DNA from: Candidatus Magasanikiibacteriota bacterium
GTDB taxonomy: Bacteria; Patescibacteriota; Patescibacteriia; Magasanikbacterales; UBA922
Assembly (NCBI GenBank): GCA_041674805.1
Contig: JBAYVA010000001.1
Location: 125,136-189,135, forward strand
Length of the DNA stretch: 64,000 nucleotides
Direction: 5' to 3'
Part shown: piece by piece, positions 18,557-27,558 of the stretch
Layout of the letters: the number at the start of each line of letters is the position of its first letter
Position numbering within the stretch: position 1 is the stretch's first letter
Program-made: the position numbers and the translations under genes
Notes under the pieces: model-generated
The model's database searches: none
Told to the model about the DNA's origin: nothing
What the model saw: the letters and a program-made list of their open reading frames with translations, nothing else

Positions 18557-18660
18557 AATGTTTAGGTGTTAGGTTCTAGGTATTAGGTTCTAGGTTTTTA
18601 GTGTGATCAAGTAATCAGGTGACTTAAGTGTTCAGGTGATAAGGTGTCAAAGTGATTGAG
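18557..18660. repeat. TTAGGT/AGGTG-rich short tandem repeats
   Basis: GGTGTTAGGTTCTAGGTATTAGGTTCTAGGT... A related copy lies at 33617-33650. Confidence 0.5.
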
Positions 18661-18664
18661 TGAA

Positions 18665-20275
18665 TTACTGTGTAATATCCGTCTGCACATTACGCAACTT
18701 GAGCCAACGTTTTTTGAAACTTTCGGCAAAAAGGCTCATTTCTTTTAATTTTAATTGTTGGCAAATAAAGCCATAGACGAGCAATCCTATTATGGCTGAA
18801 ATTGTGGTTTGAAGTAATATTCCCCAAAATTTTTCCATGTTTACAAAAATAGAAATTAATTCTTTCAAAAGTTGGGTAACCAAAGCCATCAAGATACCAG
18901 CAATAAATATTTTTATTATTGAAACAAATATTTTTCTTTCATTGATATTACCAAGTTTGTTGCGAAGTAGTAGCCACATCAAAAAAAATTGAAAAATCAT
19001 ACTAAAAGAATAAGCTGAAACTAGTCCCAAAATAGCATATTTGTGTGATAAATAAATAGCCATAATGATATTGATAATAGTTGCTATAATACCTGTAACA
19101 AGAGGAGTAATCGTATCTTTTAGTGCATAAAAAGAACGGGATAAAAGAGGTATTAGTGTTTGCGCAAAAAGTGAAATAGCAAAAATAGAAAGAGCATTGA
19201 AAGTAGCACGAGTATTGTCCCAGTTGAAAGCACCTGTACCCAAAACTAGACGAACTATTTGTGCTTTTAATAATAAGATAATAATAGTAATAGGAATAAT
19301 CAAAAATAATATTTGTCGGATAGTTCTTTCTATTTGTTCTGACATTTTTTTGTAGTCATTATTGCTTGCCATTTGTGATAAAGTAGGAAAAATTGCAATA
19401 GCAAAAGACATACCAATAATACCAATAGGTACTGATTGTAAATTATCAGCAAAATTGAAAATAGCCAAACTACCTGATTGTAAAGTGGAAGCAATAATAG
19501 TAATTGCTAACAAATTTATTTGCATAGTTGCCATACCAAGAGTACGTGGTAACATTAGCAACATTATTTTTTTGAAATATTTATTTTTGAAATCAAAAAC
19601 AAATTGATATTTGAAACCTTGTTCAAAAAAAGAAGGAACTTGAATAAGTAAATGAAACAAAGCACCAATGACTACACCATAAGCCAAACCTTGGTAACCA
19701 AAAATTGGTACCAAAAAAATAGCACCAATAATAATACCCAAATTATACATGATAGGGGACAAAGAATAGATAAAAAATGCTTTGAAAGATTGTAATACAC
19801 CACTGACTATACTACTAATACCAAGTAAAATAGGACTGACAAACATAATTCTACTTAGTAATACAGTCAATTCAAATTTATCTTGTGAGAAACCTGGTAC
19901 CAAAAATTGTAAAATTTGAGGAGTAAAAAAAATCAATAAAGTACAACTAATAATAAGAAAAAATCCTAAAATATTTAGAACTATATTTGTCACTTTCCAA
20001 GCTTCTTTTTCATCTTTTTCTAGTAACTCAATAAAAATTGGAATGAATCCAGCAGACAAAGCACCAACTATCAAAAGATTGAAAACTAAATCAGGAATTT
20101 TGAAAGCCGCATAATAAGCGTCCATGACATCACCTGCCCCAAAATAATGTGCAAATATACGATCACGAAATAAAGCAATTATTTTACTAACAAAATAAGA
20201 CGCACCAATAACAATGGCTGCCCCTGTAATAGTATGGGATTTTATGTTAAGAATTTTTTTTAACATTTTTTTCAA
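18665..20275 (-). CDS. murJ: lipid II flippase MurJ/MviN
   Basis: 536 aa, 14 TM. N-terminal SKIIALFRDRIFAHYFGAGDVMDAYYAAFKIPD is typical of MurJ. Confidence 0.8.
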   Translation of the reverse strand: MKKMLKKILNIKSHTITGAAIVIGASYFVSKIIALFRDRIFAHYFGAGDVMDAYYAAFKIPDLVFNLLIVGALSAGFIPIFIELLEKDEKEAWKVTNIVLNILGFFLIISCTLLIFFTPQILQFLVPGFSQDKFELTVLLSRIMFVSPILLGISSIVSGVLQSFKAFFIYSLSPIMYNLGIIIGAIFLVPIFGYQGLAYGVVIGALFHLLIQVPSFFEQGFKYQFVFDFKNKYFKKIMLLMLPRTLGMATMQINLLAITIIASTLQSGSLAIFNFADNLQSVPIGIIGMSFAIAIFPTLSQMASNNDYKKMSEQIERTIRQILFLIIPITIIILLLKAQIVRLVLGTGAFNWDNTRATFNALSIFAISLFAQTLIPLLSRSFYALKDTITPLVTGIIATIINIIMAIYLSHKYAILGLVSAYSFSMIFQFFLMWLLLRNKLGNINERKIFVSIIKIFIAGILMALVTQLLKELISIFVNMEKFWGILLQTTISAIIGLLVYGFICQQLKLKEMSLFAESFKKRWLKLRNVQTDITQ

Positions 20276-20354
20276 TTTTATTTTTTGGGTAGAAAATTTA
20301 TTTGATTATAAATTTTTTAAAATAATTTGAGATAATTATTATTAGTCTTTGCTT

Positions 20355-21275
20355 TTATAATGTTTTTTTCTTTTTCATGATAAAAATCAAGAACAATATG
20401 AAAGTTGCAATAGCTATGAAAAGCCCCCAAACAAACCAAGGATTGTGAGCAAAAGGTAAGCCATCTATGTTCATACCATAAATACCAGACAATAGAGTAA
20501 GAGGCATTAAAGAAACAGAGATAACAGTAAGTAAGGTAATTATTTTGTTGGTTTTTTGATTGATAAGAGATTCTACTGTAATATGTAAACCATCCAAAGT
20601 TTCTTTGTAAGTATCAACAATTACCCAAAGTTTGTCCAAATAATCTTTGATATCATCAAAGTAAATACTTAATGATTCATCAAGAAATGGTTTGCGGATA
20701 TTTGACAAAGTAGAAACAATGAATCTTTGTGGATCCAAAATTCTTTTGAAATTCAAAACATTTCTTCTATAAATAGCCAATTGTCTAATCACATCAATAT
20801 CTTGTTTGTCAGAAAAAATATCATTTTCTATATTAGAAATTTGTTTGCCCACGGTATTTAGCATGAGTCTACTTTGGCTAAACAAAGATTCCAAAATTTT
20901 GTAAAGTAAATATCCTGAAGTTTTGTTTGTCCATTCATTGCGTACTTTTCTATTGTTCATTGAACGATAAAAAAAATCTTTTATTTCTTTATTTTTGCCA
21001 TGTTGAATAGTAATTAGAAAATCAGGTCCAACAAAAATATCTATTTCATGGTGAGTGATTTTTTGGATGTCAGCTCTCCATTGTGGAAAATGTACAACCA
21101 AAAAAAGATAATCTTTGTAAGTATCTAATTTTGGATTTTGACTTTCACTTTTTATATCTTCAATATCCAAATGATGAAATTTAAAATTTTTTTTCAAAAA
21201 TTCAATTGATTCTTCATTGACACTGCTGATGTTTGTCCAAGTTAAGCCTTTTTGTTTTATTTGTTTAACTGGCAT
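20355..21275 (-). CDS. corA: magnesium transporter CorA
   Basis: GMN motif (YGMNIDGLPF) and two C-terminal TM helices. Confidence 0.8.
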   Translation of the reverse strand: MPVKQIKQKGLTWTNISSVNEESIEFLKKNFKFHHLDIEDIKSESQNPKLDTYKDYLFLVVHFPQWRADIQKITHHEIDIFVGPDFLITIQHGKNKEIKDFFYRSMNNRKVRNEWTNKTSGYLLYKILESLFSQSRLMLNTVGKQISNIENDIFSDKQDIDVIRQLAIYRRNVLNFKRILDPQRFIVSTLSNIRKPFLDESLSIYFDDIKDYLDKLWVIVDTYKETLDGLHITVESLINQKTNKIITLLTVISVSLMPLTLLSGIYGMNIDGLPFAHNPWFVWGLFIAIATFILFLIFIMKKKKTL

Positions 21276-21304
21276 CTTGTTTGCGAAGTTAAAATTAAAA
21301 AATT

Positions 21305-21997
21305 TTATTGATTTGGTAGGTTGACAGTAATAGACATATAATCTGTATCCGTAGTTTCTACTGTATCTACTGTATATACTACACCATCAATATCTTTTTC
21401 TTCTTCAAAAAAAGTAAATTGTTTGGTATTGCCATTGTTACTTTCCTCGTCTATTTGAAAGCCTTTTTTCTTGAGTTCTGTTTTGTAATATTCGATCAAA
21501 AAATCTTGTTTAGCATGAAGTTTTATCCATTCTATTTTATAAGCATCTCTTTCATCAGACAAAGGTTTTTGCATAAAAGAAATTAACTTTTCTATGTTGT
21601 TCATTTTTTCACCTTCAGGTTTATTATTAGGTATATATTTATTTTCTTTATCAAAATAAATCAAAAATGGAGACAAAACTAATTTTGGCAAAAAAGCAGC
21701 TCTTTCTATTTTTTTGCTCTTTTCTTTGCCAGAAGTATGTGTAATTTTTTCTACATTTGAGACGTCGTAGATTGGTATTTTGGTAGTAAAAGTTTCTGGC
21801 AAATCTTTCAATTCTTTGCTAGTTGGACCAAAGGCAAATTTGAGTAAAACAATAGAAATTATAAATAAAATAGTAAAACAACCACAGCCTGTGGCACAGG
21901 TGGATTTTAGGCAAGATCGTTGTTTAGTAAGTTCCTCAATAGGAGGTTCTTTGATTTTGATTTTGTCTATTTCTTGACGCATATTTGTTGTGAGCAT
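21305..21997 (-). CDS. hypothetical membrane-anchored protein (start trimmed to Met 21997)
   Basis: The 22330 start of the ORF-track entry translates the A-tract repeat and overlaps the RNase J gene. The Met at 21995-21997 (MLTTNMRQ...) is the first start after the repeat. Confidence 0.4.
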   Translation of the reverse strand: MLTTNMRQEIDKIKIKEPPIEELTKQRSCLKSTCATGCGCFTILFIISIVLLKFAFGPTSKELKDLPETFTTKIPIYDVSNVEKITHTSGKEKSKKIERAAFLPKLVLSPFLIYFDKENKYIPNNKPEGEKMNNIEKLISFMQKPLSDERDAYKIEWIKLHAKQDFLIEYYKTELKKKGFQIDEESNNGNTKQFTFFEEEKDIDGVVYTVDTVETTDTDYMSITVNLPNQ

Positions 21998-22057
21998 TAT
22001 AGCAAAAAAACTTTGATTTGTATAGTCAAGTATATTTTGGTACAATATTATAATAGT

Positions 22058-22141
22058 AAGGCCTAAAAGGCTTAAAATGCTTGAAAAGCTGAAAAAGCCT
22101 TTTAAGCCTTTTGGGCATTTTAAGCCTTTCAAGCTTTTTTT
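22058..22141. repeat. A-tract repeat copy arranged as a long imperfect palindrome (forward units then reverse units)
   Basis: AAGGCCTAAAAGGCTTAAAATGCTTGAAAAGCTGAAAAAGCCTTTTAAGCCTTTTGGGCATTTTAAGCCTTTCAAGC. Confidence 0.6.
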
Positions 22142-23500
22142 ATGCATATAAAATTCTGCGGAGCCGACGAGGGCGTTACTGGTTCTTGTCATCTTTTGGA
22201 TACTGGCAAAATGAAGATACTCATTGATTGTGGGATGTTTCAAGGTGGAGATTTCAATGAAGGAAGAAATCATGATGTGTTTCCTTTTGATCCAAAAGAT
22301 ATTGATGTTTTGTTGGTTACTCACGGTCATTTAGATCATATTGGACGTATTCCAAAATTAGTAAAAGAAGGTTTTGCTGGCAAAATTTACTCTACCAAAG
22401 CGACTCAAGAATTTATGCCTCTTATTTGGTATGATGCTTACAATATTATGTCTTATGACAATCGTAAATTTGGTTATCCTGTTTTGTTTAATGAAGTAGA
22501 TATTGCTGAAGCTCAAGCTCTTTGTCATGGTCTAGATTATCATGAAGAATTGGATTTGGGTCATGATGTCAAAGCTGTTTGGAAAGATGCTGGACATATT
22601 TTTGGTTCAGCTTTTATTGAAATTACAGTTGATGGCAAAAAAATTGCTTTTTCTGGTGATTTGGGAAATGAACAAGTTCCAATTCTCAAAGATACAGAAA
22701 GTTTGAGTGACGATGTTACTTTGGTTGTCTGTGAATCTACTTATGGTAATCGTTTACATGAAGATATAGATACCAGAAAAAGTGTTATTTCTAATTTAAT
22801 TTTGGAAGGTATCAAACGTGGTGGTACTATTATGATTCCAGCTTTTTCACTTGAACGTACTCAAGAACTTTTGTATGAATTGAATCAGTTGAGTGAATAT
22901 GATAATACTTTGCCTCAGGTACCAATTTTCTTGGATAGTCCTTTGGCAATTGATGCTACCAAAGTTTACAAAAAATATGCTGAGTATTATGATAAAGCAG
23001 CTTTTGATTTGCATATGTCTGGAGATGATTTTTTACATTTTCCTCAATTACAAAATACTTATAGTAAACGTGAATCTCAAAAAATAAACAATACTCCTGG
23101 ACCAAAAATTATTATTTCAGGTGCAGGTATGATGAATGGCGGCAGAATTTTGCATCATGCTTTACGTTATTTATCAGATTCTTTGTCTACTCTTATGATT
23201 GTTGGTTATCAAGCAAATGGTACTTTGGGTAGAAGGCTTTTGGAAGGTGAAAAACATGTAAAAGTTATGGGTACAGATGTTGATGTCAGATGTGAAATAA
23301 AAGCCATTGGTGCTTTGTCAGCTCATGGTGATCAAGCAAAATTGTTGAAGTGGCTTGGCACTGGCAAAAAAGTCAAAAAAGTTTTTTGTGTACATGGTGA
23401 AGGCGACGCTTTGACTACTTTTGCAGACAAAATAAAAACTGATTTGAAAAAAGAAGCTTATATTGCTAAGTATGATGAAGTGGTGGAAATAAAGGCTTGA
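22142..23500 (+). CDS. rnj: MBL-fold beta-CASP ribonuclease (RNase J-like)
   Basis: HGHLDHIG metallo-beta-lactamase motif and a beta-CASP region. 452 aa, shorter than canonical RNase J. Confidence 0.7.
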   Translation: MHIKFCGADEGVTGSCHLLDTGKMKILIDCGMFQGGDFNEGRNHDVFPFDPKDIDVLLVTHGHLDHIGRIPKLVKEGFAGKIYSTKATQEFMPLIWYDAYNIMSYDNRKFGYPVLFNEVDIAEAQALCHGLDYHEELDLGHDVKAVWKDAGHIFGSAFIEITVDGKKIAFSGDLGNEQVPILKDTESLSDDVTLVVCESTYGNRLHEDIDTRKSVISNLILEGIKRGGTIMIPAFSLERTQELLYELNQLSEYDNTLPQVPIFLDSPLAIDATKVYKKYAEYYDKAAFDLHMSGDDFLHFPQLQNTYSKRESQKINNTPGPKIIISGAGMMNGGRILHHALRYLSDSLSTLMIVGYQANGTLGRRLLEGEKHVKVMGTDVDVRCEIKAIGALSAHGDQAKLLKWLGTGKKVKKVFCVHGEGDALTTFADKIKTDLKKEAYIAKYDEVVEIKA

Positions 23501-23530
23501 AAGGCTTAAAAAGCTTAAAATGCTCGAAAG
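23491..23530. repeat. A-tract repeat copy
   Basis: AAAGGCTTGAAAGGCTTAAAAAGCTTAAAATGCTCGAAAGG. Confidence 0.6.
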
Positions 23531-23562
23531 GCAATCTTTGTACTAAAAGATTGCCTTTTTTA
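23528..23562 (+). terminator. rho-independent terminator
   Basis: GGCAATCTTT-gtactaa-AAGATTGCC followed by TTTTTT. Confidence 0.7.
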
Positions 23563-23602
23563 TTTGATTTTTATCTAAATTTAAGTTAATATTAGTTTAT
23601 TA

Positions 23603-23649
23603 AAAGCCTTTTTGGTTTTTCTGGCCTTTTGAGCCTTTCAAGCTTTTTT
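23603..23649. repeat. A-tract repeat copy, reverse orientation
   Basis: AAAAGCCTTTTTGGTTTTTCTGGCCTTTTGAGCCTTTCAAGCTTTTTT. Confidence 0.6.
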
Positions 23650-25749
23650 ATGAAATTCAAACTAAAATCAAAATATAAACCAGCCGGTTCACAACCTGAA
23701 GCTATCAAAGAGCTTGTTTTGGGTTTGGACAAAGATTACAAAAATCAGACGCTTCTTGGTGTGACAGGATCAGGTAAAACTTTTACTGTTGCTAACGTGA
23801 TTGAAAAAGTGCAGATGCCGACACTTGTCATTGCTCACAACAAGACTTTGGCAGCTCAGCTCTGTAACGAATTTCGTGAATTCTTCCCCGACAATGCGGT
23901 AGAGTATTTTGTGTCATATTATGATTATTACCAACCAGAAGCCTACATGCCGGGCAGTGACACTTATATTGAAAAAGAAGCCCAGATAAATGAAGAAATA
24001 GATAGATTGCGTCACGCTTGTACTCAAGCGTTGATTACACGCAGTGATGTGATTGTTGTCGCCTCTGTTTCGGCTATTTACAATCTTGGTAATCCTCTTG
24101 ATTATGAAAAAACAGTTTTGCATTTAGAAGTCGGACAAAATCTAGATAGACGAGGAATGCTTGAAAAACTTATTTCTATGCAGTTTGAAAGAAATGATAC
24201 CGAACTCAAGCGCGGACAATTTCGTATGCGTGGACAAGTGTTTGAGATAATGCCAGTCAACGAAGAACTTATTTATCGTTTTGAGATTAGTGACAAAATT
24301 GATTTGATCGAAATCGTGGATCCTGTTACTCGCAATGTCAAAGTAAATAGCAATGATGCTTGGTTTTTTCCAGCCAAACATTATGTGATAAATGAAGAAG
24401 AACAAAATCAAGCTTTCCAAACTATTTCTAGTGAATTGGAAGACAGATTGAATACTTTCAAAAAACAAGGCAAAGCTCTAGAATACGAAAGATTGAAACG
24501 CAAAGTAAAATATGATTTGGAAATGATCAAAGAAGTTGGTTATTGTAATGGTATTGAAAATTATTCTCGTCATTTCGACGGACGTAAAGAAGGTGAGCCG
24601 GCTTTTACATTGATTGATTATTTCAAATACGCTGCCAAAGAAAAAGGTTTCCTCACAGTTATCGACGAGTCACATGTCACTTTGCCACAAATACGTGGTA
24701 TGTATGCTGGTGACCGCGCTCGCAAAGAAAATTTGGTTGAACACGGTTTCCGATTGCCAAGTGCTTTAGACAATCGTCCACTGATGTTTGACGAGTTTAG
24801 TGATAGAATTCAAAAAACTATTTTTGTATCAGCTACACCTTCTGTTTTTGAGATTGAACAAAGTGGACAAGTCGTCGAGCAAATCGTCCGTCCGACTGGT
24901 CTTATTGATCCTGAAATTATAATCTGCCCAGTGACCGAAAAACCAGGCAAAAATAAATCACAAGTGGAAGATGTGATAGAGAGAATAAAAGCTAGAGTGA
25001 GTATTGGGGAGAGAGCTCTTATCACTACTTTGACCAAGCGCATGGCCGAAGATTTGTCTGATTATCTCAAAGAACAAAAAATAAAAGTAGAATATTTGCA
25101 TAGTGATATCAAGACTATTGAGCGTATAGAAATTATTACCAAACTTCGCAAAGGTGAAATAGATGTTATCGTCGGTGTCAATCTGCTTCGTGAAGGCTTG
25201 GACATTCCAGAAGTTTCGCTCGTGGCCATTCTTGATGCTGACAAAGAAGGATTCCTCCGTAATGAAACTAGTCTTATCCAGACCATAGGTCGTGCTGCGC
25301 GTAATGTAAATGGACAAGTGATAATGTATGCCGACGAAATGACCAAGTCTATTGATAAGGCTGTTTCTGAGACCAAGAGACGTCGTGAGATTCAACTTGC
25401 TTACAATGAAAAGCATGGTATCACACCAAAGACTATCCAAAAAACTATTCGTAACATTTTGGAAGAATTTGGTTTGACTAGTAATAGTGTCAAAAATACC
25501 AAGACCAAAATTAATCGTCGTGATAGAAGTATTTTGAATCTTGATATTATGGGAGATGCTAGACCACTCAAAGAAATTATCAAAGAAAAAGAATTCAAGA
25601 TGCGGGAAGCGGCGACTAAACTTGAGTTTGAGTTGGCTGCGATTTTGAGAGATGAAGTGAGGGAGTTGAAGGCGAGAGAAAAGACGGGGGAGAGTCGAAA
25701 GTCTGTCCCGCCCAAGGCTGGCAAGAAAGTTCGTAAAGTCAAAAGTTAA
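23650..25749 (+). CDS. uvrB: excinuclease ABC subunit B
   Basis: GVTGSGKT Walker A, helicase motifs, the UvrB interaction domain and a C-terminal UVR domain. Start set at the ATG at 23650; the upstream TTG of the ORF track translates repeat sequence. Confidence 0.9.
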   Translation: MKFKLKSKYKPAGSQPEAIKELVLGLDKDYKNQTLLGVTGSGKTFTVANVIEKVQMPTLVIAHNKTLAAQLCNEFREFFPDNAVEYFVSYYDYYQPEAYMPGSDTYIEKEAQINEEIDRLRHACTQALITRSDVIVVASVSAIYNLGNPLDYEKTVLHLEVGQNLDRRGMLEKLISMQFERNDTELKRGQFRMRGQVFEIMPVNEELIYRFEISDKIDLIEIVDPVTRNVKVNSNDAWFFPAKHYVINEEEQNQAFQTISSELEDRLNTFKKQGKALEYERLKRKVKYDLEMIKEVGYCNGIENYSRHFDGRKEGEPAFTLIDYFKYAAKEKGFLTVIDESHVTLPQIRGMYAGDRARKENLVEHGFRLPSALDNRPLMFDEFSDRIQKTIFVSATPSVFEIEQSGQVVEQIVRPTGLIDPEIIICPVTEKPGKNKSQVEDVIERIKARVSIGERALITTLTKRMAEDLSDYLKEQKIKVEYLHSDIKTIERIEIITKLRKGEIDVIVGVNLLREGLDIPEVSLVAILDADKEGFLRNETSLIQTIGRAARNVNGQVIMYADEMTKSIDKAVSETKRRREIQLAYNEKHGITPKTIQKTIRNILEEFGLTSNSVKNTKTKINRRDRSILNLDIMGDARPLKEIIKEKEFKMREAATKLEFELAAILRDEVRELKAREKTGESRKSVPPKAGKKVRKVKS

Positions 25750-25757
25750 AAAGTAAT

Positions 25758-26261
25758 ATGTTTTTAGAAAAAACTTTTATAAATCCAAAAATTGAAATAA
25801 AGAATTCAGAAATTTCTAGCAAAGGTATGTTTGCAAAAGAAAAAATTTTTAAAGATGAAATTGTAATAAAATGGGGTGGTGAATTTTTTACAACAGAAGA
25901 AATAAAAAATAAAGATAAAAAATATTTTTTGATAATTCAAATTGATGAAGATTTGTGGAGTATAGAAAAAAGGGGAGAATATGAAGAAGATTATTTTATC
26001 AATCATTCTTGTGATTCCAATGTTTGGATGATAGATGGTAGGACTTTTGTAGCTAGAAGAAATATTGAAAAGGGAGAAGAAATTACAGTTGATTATTGTT
26101 TGTTTGAATCAGAAGATTATGTTGCTAAATGGGAATGTCATTGCGGTGTGTTCGATTGTCGAAAGAAAATAACTGGTAGAGATTGTTTATTACCAGAAAT
26201 TCAACTTAGATACAAAGGACATTTTTCACCAATAGTACAAAAGCGTATAAAAACAGTTTAA
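25758..26261 (+). CDS. SET-domain protein (putative lysine methyltransferase)
   Basis: NHSCDSN and EEITVDY motifs, and a post-SET Cys cluster CHCGVFDCRKK. Confidence 0.7.
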   Translation: MFLEKTFINPKIEIKNSEISSKGMFAKEKIFKDEIVIKWGGEFFTTEEIKNKDKKYFLIIQIDEDLWSIEKRGEYEEDYFINHSCDSNVWMIDGRTFVARRNIEKGEEITVDYCLFESEDYVAKWECHCGVFDCRKKITGRDCLLPEIQLRYKGHFSPIVQKRIKTV

Positions 26262-26284
26262 TATAAATTATTAATAATTAATAT

Positions 26285-26923
26285 ATGAAATGGGATAAAA
26301 TATATGAAACTAAAGGAGTTGTACAAAACAAGCCTTTAAGTATTTGTAAGAAATTATATAATATATTGCCTAATAAAAAATTAAATATTTTAGATTTGGG
26401 TTGTGGTACTGGTAGGCATTCATTTTTATTAGCTAATAATATTAAATGGAATATTATATCTTTAGATAATTCACAAAAAGCATTAAATTATATTGAAGAC
26501 AAAGCTAAGATTCATAACTTAAAAAATATTACAACAGTTAATGCTAATTTTGAGAAAATACCTTTTAAAGAAAATGAATTTGATGTAATTATATCTACTA
26601 AGGCAATACATCATGGTACTTTTAATACTATGAAAATAATTTCACGAGAAATTAATAGAGTACTGAAGCCTGGTGGTTTGTTGTTACTTGTTGTTCCATC
26701 TATAAAAGATTTTAGGTCTAATTTTGGTGATATTCTTGAGGATTATAATACTAGAGTAAATTGTCCTGCTTTAATTGATCCAGAGATTCCACATCATTTT
26801 TTTACAAAGGATGAATTACAAACCTTATTTAATTATAAATCTATTTATTTTAAAACAATAACACGTAGTTCTGTAAATGGATTTAAAAAAGTAACATATT
26901 TTGATTTGATATTCAAAAAATAA
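26285..26923 (+). CDS. class I SAM-dependent methyltransferase
   Basis: ILDLGCGTGRHS motif I; LKPGGLLLL. Confidence 0.65.
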   Translation: MKWDKIYETKGVVQNKPLSICKKLYNILPNKKLNILDLGCGTGRHSFLLANNIKWNIISLDNSQKALNYIEDKAKIHNLKNITTVNANFEKIPFKENEFDVIISTKAIHHGTFNTMKIISREINRVLKPGGLLLLVVPSIKDFRSNFGDILEDYNTRVNCPALIDPEIPHHFFTKDELQTLFNYKSIYFKTITRSSVNGFKKVTYFDLIFKK

Positions 26924-26950
26924 TCATTTAATAATTTAGCAACTTGAGAA

Positions 26951-26986
26951 TAAAAAAACCGAGCATCTAACTCGGTTTTGTTTTTA
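26951..26986. terminator. bidirectional terminator
   Basis: AAAAAAACCGAG-catctaa-CTCGGTTTTGTTTTT. Confidence 0.65.
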
Positions 26987-27019
26987 TGTTTTTATGTTCT
27001 TGTGCTTTTATGAAAAAAT

Positions 27020-27298
27020 TTATTTTTTCAAAGCATCTTTCAAACCTTTTCCAGCTTTGAATTTAGGAACAGTTACAGAAGGGATTTGAATTTTTTCAGT
27101 TGGGTTTTGTGGATTGACACCAACACGTCCAGCACGTACTTTGGCACTGAAAGCACCAAAACCTGAGATAGTGACTTCGCCACCATTTTTTAGAGTAGTT
27201 ACTGTGATTTCTACAAAAGATGCTAACATGTTTTCAGCTTCTTTTTTTGATACGCCAACTTGTTCGGCAATCTTTTGAGCTAATTCTGCTTTGTTCAT
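27020..27298 (-). CDS. hup: DNA-binding protein HU
   Basis: 92 aa: MNKAELAQKIAEQVGVSKKEAENML...GFGAFSAKVRAGRVGVNPQNP. Confidence 0.88.
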   Translation of the reverse strand: MNKAELAQKIAEQVGVSKKEAENMLASFVEITVTTLKNGGEVTISGFGAFSAKVRAGRVGVNPQNPTEKIQIPSVTVPKFKAGKGLKDALKK

Positions 27299-27394
27299 AA
27301 TTAAATAAATTATTCCCTTGTATTAAGGGTGAATTACTTTATGTCACTATTCTATAATATTTTAGAAAAACTGTCAATAGAGCCAAAAGCTTCG

Positions 27395-27500
27395 CTAATT
27401 TAGAAATTTTGAATTTTGAATTTTAAAACAATTTTAAAATTTTAAATTTAGAAATTAGAAATTGTTTTAAAATTAAAAATTACTAAATTCAAAATTAAAA
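27395..27500. repeat. AT-rich ~100-bp dispersed repeat (copy 1)
   Basis: Shares TTTTGAATTTTAAAACAAT, TTTAAATTTAGAAATT, AAATTGTTT and AAAATTACTAAATT blocks with 31245-31352. Confidence 0.55.
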
Positions 27501-27558
27501 ACAGCCCCATATTTCATGAGCTGTCTTTTGAGATTATATTTTTTTCAACTAAAACGTC

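Noticed and set aside
21998-22330. N-terminal 111 codons of ORF 21305-22330 (-), overlapping the rnj start
   Set aside because: The translation runs through the palindromic A-tract repeat (KSLKGLKCPKGLKGFF). It was trimmed to the Met at 21997.
23629-23649. TTG-initiated N-terminal extension of uvrB (MSLSSFF)
   Set aside because: It translates the A-tract repeat. The ATG at 23650 gives the canonical UvrB N-terminus.
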